From contig BAAFSQ010000322.1 of the NCBI GenBank assembly GCA_054661495.1, positions 1 to 10,504 on the forward strand: DNA of 10,504 nt, read 5' to 3'. The position numbers and the translations under genes are program-made. Position 1 is the first letter of the stretch. Every line of letters begins with the position of its first letter. The notes under the pieces are model-generated. The model was given only the letters and a program-made list of their open reading frames with translations, had not been told where the DNA came from and searched no databases. The stretch comes from Zygophlyctis sp. KS116. Its lineage: Eukaryota; Fungi; Chytridiomycota. Shown here piece after piece: positions 1 to 10,504 of the stretch.

Positions 1-484
1 CAGAGATTTTTTGATGGTCGATAACACCTTTGATTGAATGAAATTGCTGCATTGGACCCCAAATCTTTTGGCCCATTCTAGACATAATACCAAAACTCAT
101 TATCAATGTCAATGATCAAAAATCAGTAAATACTGTATTAAAAATCATTGTATTTTAAAGATTAAAAGATCTCGATTCAATCCTTTTAACGTTTTCTATA
201 ATTTTTTTAGATGCCGATTGGTTAATCACGGAAGGAAGACACACCAGTCCACAATCCTTCCACCAACGGGATAGCCGACACATGCTTCTCCTGACGTTTG
301 TGTAGGATAGACTTTTCTTTCGGTTATTTTCTAGTAGACTTACATTTTGGTCAAGGAAGGCAAGGAACGGACTTGCTCTAAAGGAAAGCTGACTGGTTGG
401 AGACCTTGGCCGATAAGAATGCAAAGTTTTAGATCGGGGTGCCAGCCTTATGGTCTTGATCGTTGATTCCTCAATTATTTATTT

Positions 485-826
485 TTACTCAGCTAATAAT
501 AATAAATTGTAAATTCACCATTAGTTAGTTCAAAGATTTGTTTGGTGATCTTATCTTGAAAATCTTGATCCCGAAAAAGATGCACATCCCGTTCTGGTAT
601 GGGATGTTCTAAATCCCCCCTTTTGAAAGCAAGCAACATAGATTGCACGATTATGGTACTGTCATATTCTGTTTTTTTGATTTTTAGGATTATATGTAAA
701 ACTGTTCATTCCAGCATTAGAGATTGCCCAATCAAACATCTGATTCTTTGATTGCCGAGCATTAAAATCATTCAGCTTTGCAACTTCGTCCTAAAATCAG
801 AGAGCGGTTTTATAAAAGATTGCCAT
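485..826 (-). other. Possible small or degenerate gene (~82 aa), unresolved
   Basis: Protein-like open segments DEVAKLNDFNARQSKNQMFDWAISNAGMN (790-703) and YDSTIIVQSMLLAFKRGDLEHPIPERDVHLFRDQDFQDKITKQIFELTN (668-519). They join only via atypical introns or a frameshift. No recognised motif. Confidence 0.2.
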
Positions 827-878
827 AATCTATCCGGTTAAATCAAGTTGCTACCTTTTATTGTTCAAAAAATCTAAA

Positions 879-922
879 GTGGACAACAAATGGACAATAA
901 GTAGACAACAGATGGACATCAT
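879..922. repeat. Imperfect 22-nt tandem duplication in intergenic DNA
   Basis: GTGGACAACAAATGGACAATAA (879-900) vs GTAGACAACAGATGGACATCAT (901-922), 17/22 identical, with internal ~11-nt periodicity of TRGACA. Confidence 0.6.
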
Positions 923-1121
923 AGAATACTAAAAGCTCAAGTTGGTTAAAAGATTCTTAATGCACCGACACATAATTTCAAAATTCAAAATCATTTAAAA
1001 CTTTCAATGATCACACAAAGGGACATGCGTGGTTGTGATTTTTCGCTATTATGGAACGTGCCGTGCCGCAAACTATATCTGCTAATTTTTTTAATATATA
1101 AGATTTAATTGAATTTCATTT

Positions 1122-2401
1122 TTAAATATTTCTATAAATTACTGAATCAACTGATATCCAGGTTTTGTTATCATCTTCTGGTTCATTACGTACCGTAAAG
1201 GAAATGTTAAATACATCAAAGTCCACTTCATAAACTTGGCACGATCCTGTTGGGGCTGATGAACCCACCAGCTGTGTAGCTACAAAAGAATTTCCGTCAA
1301 TTTTTGGTCCTTTTCCATGCCCCTGATGAACACCTCTTTAAAATCAGAAAAAGAACAACTGTACCTTATATCGAGTCCCAGAATTTGTGAAATTGCATCA
1401 ACCAAAACATCTGCTTCGTTTTCCTTGTAATATTCAGACTTTTTATTTTCCACCATATTCCTGAGACTTTCTTCAGCATCCTTCTTCCACTTGACAGCTA
1501 ACTTGTAAGGATTTTTTATACCATGCTCCACCCAATCAGGAACAAATGTTTTAAAGAAATCACATTGATTTGATCCTTTATACGTTCCATGATTTGTATG
1601 ATTTTGAATACCTGCATGACTAGAATCAATCGAGTGAACTATTTTATCCAAACAAGTTGGACAATCAAAAGGTCCCCAAGGTTTGAGATCAATTATAGGA
1701 GTACCATCTACAAGATCTGCTCCAGCCACAATTACAGTTCTACTTTCAGCACAGACACTGATAATTTGAACTAGCGACATTCCAATTGCATTTGGACGAT
1801 GAGGAGATCTTGTAGCAAAAAGCCCAATCGATCCTCCATTTAATAGAGGAGGCAATACTTTTGCTGCAAAAGATGCAACTTTTCCAGTGAAATTCCCAGA
1901 TTTTGCATTTGTTGTTCTATTTCTTAAAGCAGAATCCTTATTTGAAGATGCATTGCAACCAGAGAGAGATTTTAATAGATTTGTATTTTCATGAAAGAGA
2001 AAAATAACAAACATGTGTGAGTATCCTTCAAGTCCCAACAATGTTTCCGTTGGCATTTCCATTGATAAAACAATTTTAGATCTTGAATTATTAACTAAAA
2101 GCCCCTGTCTTGGAGTACCTCTTCTAGCTTTAAAAGGAGATTGCGCCTTTCCAATAATCACCAATGGATAACCTGAAAGAATGATCTTGTCCACAACTTG
2201 TTCCCTTATCATCTTTTCAGCCTTTATTCTTCCTGATCTTTCAGCGGCAATCTTTTGTTGACAATGTTGATGTAGATCTGATCCCTTGGAATCTGTCTTG
2301 TTTTCTGAATTTTGAATCTTTACAATCCAAGATTCAGATATTTTCCAACTCAAAAACAGACCCACCAATGTACCAGATATGAATGCTAAAGATTGATTCA
2401 T
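1122..2401 (-). CDS. TRMO: tRNA (m6t6A37) methyltransferase TrmO/TsaA family, with N-terminal hydrophobic segment; 2 exons, ~416 aa
   Basis: TsaA motifs SPFKARRGTPRQG, GLEGYSHMFVIFLFHEN, GLFATRSPHRPNAIGMS and GADLVDGTPIIDLKP. A 29-nt intron at 1336-1364 (GTACAG...TTTAAAG) restores LGLDIRGVHQG and extends the frame to TAA at 1124-1122. Spliced length 1251 nt. Confidence 0.9.
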
Positions 2402-2424
2402 TCAAAAAATTTCTTGTCTTAATG

Positions 2425-3373
2425 CTATATAATCTTGCCCAAACTTAATTCCCACAATTTTGCAGCCTTTTCTTGATCATAACTCTCTAGACTTGATTCA
2501 ATAACTTTTCCTTTTGAAAATACTTTCCCAGACTCTTCATTTAAACATGCTTGTACCATCCATTCTGCAGCCTGATCTAGAGATGTTGTAAAAGAGAATA
2601 AAGGAAGTATATAATACATTAAAACCCGTTTAATAAATGAGGAATTCCTAGATAATTGAGTAGTCGGCACAAAACCTGGACAAATTGCTAGAATTAGTAA
2701 AGTTTTAAAATACCATTTACTCGTATTCCCAACTTTTTCTTTTTAATCATACGATCTAGTTCAAAAGTAAACCAGATATTTGCAAGTTTTGAATTTTGGT
2801 AAGCTGTCCGAGAATCATAATTGTTTCGTGTCCATTTTAGATCATCAAAATCAAAGTTTGGTCTTCCTTTAGACTTAAATAAATTCAGATTACCCATTTT
2901 TCCATTTGTTTCTTGAGGATTATGCAATGAGGAAGAAACGACTAATATTTGACAGTTTTGACTTAGTTTCCCTGCATTCAAAAGACCAATGACTAAAGCA
3001 AAATGACCCAAATGATTGGTTGCAAGTGTTAATTCTAGTCCGGAATCAGACGCAAAGCAAAGTTGTGGTGGACCCCAAATTCCTGCATTACAAACCAGAA
3101 TATCAATCGGACCTGTCCATTTTAAGATGAATTCATTGATAGAATTTAGATTTGCTAGATCTAGAGAGTATGCGGTAGAGTTACTTCCTAAAGACTCTTG
3201 TGCAAAACGTCCGGCCGTTTGGTTTCGACAACCTATTTTTTAATTGTATATAATACATAGAGCTACTTGATACTCTTTTAACTCTATAAACTTTTGAGCA
3301 GTTGCAAAGCCAATGCCGCTGTTTGCTCCCTATGATTAATACCTTAAAATACAGTGATCAGAACGGTTTTCAT
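2425..3373 (-). CDS. Classical short-chain dehydrogenase/reductase (retinol dehydrogenase/WWOX/protochlorophyllide reductase-like); 5 exons, ~282 aa
   Basis: Spliced protein has MKTVLITGANSGIG (TGxxxGxG), ILVCNAGI, ATNHLGHF, VVSSSLH, catalytic YQNSK (YxxxK), CPGFVPTT and C-terminal AAKLWELS. Introns at 3330-3352 (23 nt), 3233-3256 (24), 2867-2893 (27) and 2688-2713 (26). Spliced length 849 nt. Confidence 0.9.
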
Positions 3374-3394
3374 TAAAAGTAATTTATTAAATTG

Positions 3395-4827
<1,433 letters not shown>

Positions 4828-5126
4828 TCAAATTTTCAAGAGTTTTTTCTTGTTTACTTGACCAATTGCTATTTTTTGTATTGAGATTTTATAGTATCTT
4901 ACGGATCAACTCAACTCAAGCTTACAATTTAATATTTATTTATTTATTTTACTAATTTTTTTTGGAATTTATTTTAGAATTTATAATTTATTAAAAAGGA
5001 AAAAAACTACTAAGATTAAATTAAATTAAATTAAAACTAACCTAGTGAAAAGTTTTAGAATTGTTTTAAGCACTCAAGTAGAAAGCACTCAAGTCAGGTT
5101 GAAAGTAGGGTGAGGAACAGGTTGAA
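4828..5126. promoter_or_regulatory. Divergent RIO2/NPL4 intergenic region, probable bidirectional promoter
   Basis: 299 nt between head-to-head start codons, with an extremely AT-rich core (poly-T/poly-A tracts, TTAAA repeats near 5016-5035) and a direct repeat AAGCACTCAAGT at 5068-5079 and 5083-5094. Function inferred from position only. Confidence 0.55.
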
Positions 5127-7007
5127 ATGCTCCTGCGAATTCGGTCGCCGACTGGACAATTTAAACTCAATTTACAAGAGTCTGCTACATTTACTAGTTT
5201 AATTTCTGAAATTTCTAAATTACTAAAGACTGAAAGAGAATTTAAATTGAATTTTGATTTCAAGGAAAATGAGATTTTAAGCTCGAAATTAAAGTATTTT
5301 ACATTTTATAATTTCTAGACATGGAGACTTGATTACAGTAGAATGGAAAAATTCTACATTAAATTCTATAGAAGCAGAGACTCTAAAGACTTTAAGTAGA
5401 ATTGATTGTGAATTAGATTCAGACAAGGGACTTATAGCTCAAGGATTTAATTCACAATTGTAATTTTTTACAAGATAACTAAAGGTGTCGTCATGGGCCG
5501 AGAGGTATGTGTGAATATTGTCTTCCTTTACAACCATATGATGCAAAATATTTAGAAGAGAAAAAGATCAAGTTTATGTCGTTTTATTCTTTTATAAAAA
5601 AGAATTTGGAAAATAATCAACTTGGAAAACCACTCTTAGAATCTGATTTTAAAGTTAAATTTCCTTGTCCTTCTGGGACGCATGCTCCATATCCATCTGG
5701 GATTTGTACAAAATGTCAACCAAGTTCAATTATACTAACTTCTCAGAGTTTTAGATGTGTAGATCATGTGGAATTTGAATCTCCAAAAATGATTGATTCT
5801 TTTTTAAGTGGTTGGAGAGATTCAGGAGTACAAAGGTTTGGTTATCTCTATGGAAAAGTAGAAAGGTATTTAGAGGTTCCTTTGGGGATAAAAGTGGTGG
5901 TTTCTGCTATTTATGAACCTATACAAGAAGGTTGGGGTGATGGGATTCAAGTGGATGTGGATGATGCAAGAGTACATAGAGTAGATTCTTTAGCGGATCA
6001 ATTAGGATTACAGCGTGTAAAAATTTATTAGTTGATTTTAGATTGGAATGATTTATACAGATTTAACAGATGATGGATCAGGTCAGGGACGTGTAATTTG
6101 TAAAAGGCATGTTGATTCATTCTTTTTGTCTTCTGCTGAATGTATATCTTCTGCTTCTATGCAATATAGCTATCCAACTCCTTGTAAGTACTCTGAATCT
6201 GGTTATTTTGGTTCTAGATTTGTGACTTGTGTATTGTCTGGTATATTTTATTTATTAAAGGATTTAGGGAATAAATCAAATGAAATTGATATTGAATCCT
6301 ATCAAATTTCAAATATTGGAGTTGCAATGGCTAGAGATGGGATTATTGAGGCTTCAGTAGATCCAACTTTGATGAGAGTTGTAGCTTCTACAAATACAAA
6401 GTATGTTCCAGAGGTGTTTTACAAGTATCGTAATGAATATGGTATTATGGTGCAAGAAGCAGCAAAGCCCACTTTCCCTGTAGAATATTTAATTGTGACT
6501 GTATGTATTTTTTAATTTAATATAAGATGACTCATGGTTTTCCTTCCGTTTCGAATCCAATATTCACAAAGTCTGAATTTCAAGTTGAAAACAGGCCTGG
6601 TAATCCTAGAATTGATATGATGTCAATGGTTAAGAAACATTTAGACTCTTCAGAGCTCATGGAAGCTCTGTCAGATTTTCATTTGCTAGTTTTCTTGCAT
6701 GATTCAAATTTAATTGACCAGGTATTGTAATTTTATTGATGGTTTTAGGAGGATATACGGTTAATTATTGAAATTGTCAAAACTCGTTCCAGTGATGTAT
6801 TATCAACACTAGTTTCGAGACCTTCATGGAAAAATTTCTTGGCGATACTTTCTGCTTCAACAGGTCCTAATTTAAGCTCATCTACTCCTAGTGGAACTAC
6901 CAGCTGGTCGTGCCGCCACTGCACATACGTTAATATGGGAGCTGATTGTGGTAAGATTCATATTTAGATTTAATAATTTAGAAATGTGTGGACTTCCAAA
7001 GGATTAG
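5127..7007 (+). CDS. NPL4: Nuclear protein localization protein 4 (Cdc48/p97-Ufd1 cofactor); 8 exons, ~564 aa
   Basis: N-terminal MLLRIRSPTG ubiquitin-like region; zf-NPL4 motifs CRHGPRGMCEYC and HAPYPSGICTKCQP; FRCVDHVEF, QRFGYLYG, AIYEP, GMIYTDL, FGSRFVT and PTFPVEYLIV; C-terminal NZF/RanBP2 finger WSCRHCTYVN...CEMCGLPKD*. Introns at 5294-5318, 5460-5484, 6017-6041 (25 nt each), 6241-6267 (27), 6501-6526 (26), 6722-6748 (27) and 6951-6981 (31). Spliced length 1695 nt. Confidence 0.96.
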
Positions 7008-7351
7008 ACGTAATTTGGAAACATAAATCGAAGATATCTATTGAAAGAATTTTACTGAGTTTTCTTAATATCCACAATATAATAAATAGCTTTAGTTGAT
7101 TACTTGCCATTCGGTAATATCTTCAAGTTCTTCATGATCTTAATCTCTCTGAAGATTCAGTTTGTCTCGTGAATGCGTAAATCAAGTCCGATAATTCCTG
7201 AAATCAGTCATCAAATCAGCTCAAGTGTTATAGTGGGAAAATGAATCGCTAAAAGCAATGAATTGAATTGTTTATAGGTTATTGGGGGAATCATAGAAGC
7301 CGAAGTAAATACCACAAACAATGCGAGTATTTGTTTACGTTTTGAAAATTA

Positions 7352-10300
7352 ATGAGCTCAAGTACAGTGAGGTAAGAATAAATTACAGATTAATTCAAGA
7401 CCAAAAACTCTTGTTCATAAGCCAAAGTCATCAAATTTCTATGATTCTTTAAAGGACCCAACACTGCATTCCTTTTTTCAAAAGCCAATGGTTCGATCAC
7501 ACTTGATGGAGAATGGATGGGTAATCTTTTATTATCTCATTCAAGTTTGCATCTAATGCAGAATGCTCTGTCTGCAAAAAGAAGAATAGAGGAGATATCC
7601 GATTGTGCGTTGGATGCAATACATTTACTCATGTGAATTGTATACCTCCATCTCCACTTAATGCAGCAAAGATCAAGGTCCTGATCATTTATTTCTTACC
7701 GATTGGAGCTGATATTACCTTTTTAATGAAACTGATCGCAGAATCTAGTCATTTTTCAGAGATAGAGGAATTGAATATAAGAACGACCAGACCAACATTA
7801 AATCATTTAAGGAAATTTGATTCTGTTTTGGTTTTTGGTCTTCCTGATGAAAAAAGAGAGGGTCATCGATGGAAGGAGCCTGACTATTTGGGTGATATTT
7901 TAGCCGCATATGTTCTTGGAACTGGAAATTCAAAGAAAGGTGGTGTTGTGCTGGGTCCAATGACTCATTCACTTGAATTAGGAGGGCGTTGGAGGAAACA
8001 GCGCTTATATCCATTACTGCCAGGCAGACCTATTAATTCTAAAAGTTGCAAAATGGGAAAGGTATTTTATTTAGTTTTATTCTAATCAAAGATTGAAATT
8101 GAAGGACATCCACTGTTGCAGGCATCAAGCTGTTTTAATGGAGGAGAATGTTCCTATCATGTTGCTGGTGCAGTAAATGAAAATGGTGCCAATACAGTTT
8201 TACGATGGGGCGACGGATTACCACTGGTAGTAGTTCTAGATGAGCATTCTGCTGTTGAACGTGGAAGGGTGGTTTCTCTTAACTTTCTTCCGGCGCCCAA
8301 AGTAACGGCACAGCAGCCTCTAGATTATTTTTGGGGTAATACACATCTACATTAATATTCAAGATCCATGCGGATCGGGAGATGCTCTTTTGGTCAATGC
8401 TTTGCGGTTTGCTGCGAGCCCAACATATGAAAAAGTAGGTGGGATGTTTAGCTGTGACAAGTGTGTAAGTTTTCCATTGTCCTCAACTTAGAAAAACTCT
8501 GAATTAGAAGAGCCAAACCAAATTCACCTTATCAAAAGAATATATAACTCAAATACTCCAAAAAAAGTACATATAGGAAAGCCTCATTGTAATTCTCAAG
8601 ATTTCGAAGAATTAAAGCAGATTTATAGAGAAAAATTTAGGGTACATTTTTTGATAGATAATAATTCAAGAAGCAAATCGACGACTCGATTAATAAGAAA
8701 TATAATGTCCTATCTACTTCCGAGCGCGAAAAAAAATCTGCTACATCGATCCAATCTGCTGCAATACAATCAAAGCAATCGTTGATCACTGTTAAGTCGT
8801 TTAAATCAGTTCAGGTATATCTTTTCAGTGTCTTAGTTTAGGAACAAAAGCATTCTAAAAAGTATGGGAGGTCTCAAATAAAGTCACCGACATCGGCTGA
8901 CAAATCTAATTCACAGAGCTCAAACAATCAGTCTGATGGAATATGTCCTACACCTTCCCAATGGACTCCTTATACTGCTGAATTTCCGGATGCTTGTTTG
9001 GATGACGAGTTTGCATACGATGGGCCTTTGAAAAACGAAGATGAGAGGAGAAGATCAGACTCAGAGCAAAATCGGGTCTCTTTTGCTGGAACTATAGAAA
9101 AATCAAACTCATCAAATGAAACTCTCGCTAAATCCTTGCAGAAAACTGCTGCCGAAAATTCCGAAAATATATCCACAAGTAGCAGCGGTGCCCCTAAAAA
9201 GATAAGAAGACCAAGCTCATCGAAACCAATCAGTGGTATTGGAAAAAATGTAAAAGTTATCGGTGCGCCTCAATACAAGCCGACAAAAAGATTAAATGAT
9301 CAACTTACTAATGAGCAGTCAGCTCAACGGCCAACTAAAATTATCCCCAAAAACACTCCAAATGAGGGATCTGTCTCAAAATCAAAGCCGGCTAAAGTGA
9401 CTCGTATTTCTACTGGCCAGATAGCAAGAAGGGAAAAGGAAAATCCTCAAAATGTTAAAAATGGTAATAGAAAATTAAAGAATGGCTTGAATGATTCAAA
9501 AAATGAAAGCATCATTGAAAAACTCACCGCCGCTTTAGTTGATGAAATGATTGATCAAGCTCAAGAAATGCAAATAACTGCCGAAATAAAACCAGACACT
9601 ATTTTATACGAATCAGAAGACTTCAAATCTTTGGCTTCTCAAGATTCAACTCTTCAAAAAGAAATTGACACAATGACGGAAGCTACAAATACATCTGATC
9701 AGATAGAAGATTTGACAGTGCATGTTAAAACTATCAGTCAGCCCAAAATAGCAGCAGAAAGCAGAGCAGATTTGAACGAACAAGAACAAGGAAAATCGAA
9801 TGAAGCAATCAACAATACAGAAACGGTGAAAAGATCAAGAAACGATTTGCCTAACTCCAAAGAACAAGAACTAAAAACAGTCGAAGCAATTAGCCAGCCT
9901 GAATCAGTAGCTGGATATAACGTGGATATGACTAAATCCAAAGAGGATTTGAATAAATCAACAGAAAAATTGAAATCAGCTGAAGATATTAGCTATAGTA
10001 AATCGGCAGCACAATCCAAATCAGTTCAAGCTATCAGTCAGCCCAAATCAGCAGCTGTATCTAAATGCGATTTAGCTCAATCCAAAGAACAATTGAAATC
10101 AGTTGAAGCTATCAGCAAGCCTATAACACCTGGATCTAGAGGAGATTTACAAAAATCAAGAGAACAATTGAAATCAGTTGATGCCATCAACAAGACTAAA
10201 TCAGTGGCTGGATCCAGAGGAGACTTGAGTAAATCTAAAGAACAATTGAAATCGGTTGATGCCGTCAACAAGAATAAATCAATGCCTGGATCCAGAGGAG

Positions 10301-10504
10301 TCTTGAGTAAATCTGAAGAACAATTAAACTCAGTTGAAGCTATCACTCGGCCCAAAGCCACTGGATCTAAAGGAGACTTGAGTAAATCAAAAGAGCAATT
10401 AAAGTCGGTTGATGCCGTCAACAAGACTAAATCAATGGCTGGATCCAGAGGAGTCTTGAGTAAATCTAAAGAACAATTGAAATCAGTTGAAGCTATCACT
10501 CAAC
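7352..10504 (+). CDS. Large uncharacterised multidomain protein (ERICH3/FSIP2-like motif, split PHD-like finger with inserted alpha/beta domain, disordered tail with tandem repeats); 3'-truncated by window, >980 aa
   Basis: Continuous frame from ATG 7352 using GTA..AG introns at 7372-7399 (28 nt), 7521-7545 (25), 8062-8091 (30), 8336-8363 (28), 8465-8506 (42), 8642-8670 (29) and 8815-8841 (27). The last exon is stop-free from 8842 to the window end. The alternative acceptor at 8490 (26-nt intron) leads to a stop at 8545-8547, so the junction at 8465-8547 is uncertain. Confidence 0.75.
9721..10504 (+). repeat. Coding tandem repeat, 75/78-nt units (25/26 aa, consensus SV[ED]AI...GSRGDLSKSKEQLK)
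   Basis: Well-conserved units start at 10021, 10099, 10174, 10252, 10330, 10405 and 10483 (spacings 78, 75, 78, 78, 75, 78). Degenerate copies occur from ~9721. The array runs off the window. Confidence 0.93.

Noticed and set aside
495-830. Long minus-strand frame interrupted only by two TGA codons (possible TGA=Trp or Sec)
   Set aside because: The resulting peptide has no recognisable features, and neighbouring genes use TGG for Trp with no in-frame TGA.
3016-3243. 75-aa plus-strand ORF (also 1589-1774, 5066-5263 and 7745-8014)
   Set aside because: Short ORFs antisense to well-supported genes, with no recognisable motifs.
6905-7007. NPL4 C-terminal NZF finger as a novelty
   Set aside because: Absent from budding yeast but a known feature of NPL4 in animals and many other eukaryotes.
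10077-10499. 140-aa repetitive minus-strand ORF (also 9738-9941 and 8970-9176)
   Set aside because: Antisense shadows of the long plus-strand exon, which is open from 8842 to the window end.
10021-10504. CRISPR-like or non-coding repeat array
   Set aside because: There are no unique spacers, unit lengths are multiples of 3, variation preserves the reading frame, and the context is eukaryotic.

Overview
AT-rich, very compact eukaryotic nuclear DNA, most consistent with an early-diverging (probably zoosporic, chytrid-like) fungus; this taxonomic call is an inference. The ORF track is fragmented because genes are interrupted by tiny GT-AG spliceosomal introns: 22 inferred, 21 of 23-31 nt and one of 26 or 42 nt. 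After manual splicing, the minus strand carries three tightly packed, co-oriented genes: RIO2 kinase (4827-3395), a classical SDR oxidoreductase (3373-2425) and a TrmO/TsaA tRNA methyltransferase (2401-1122), separated by only 21 and 23 nt. The plus strand carries NPL4 (5127-7007), divergent from RIO2, and a large uncharacterised gene (7352 to >10504). That gene has an ERICH3/FSIP2-like N-terminal motif, a PHD-type finger apparently split by a ~250-aa alpha/beta insert, candidate PP1 (RVSF) and AKAP-helix docking motifs, and a 25/26-aa tandem repeat tail. The first ~830 nt cannot be confidently annotated. The standard genetic code fits all five gene models.
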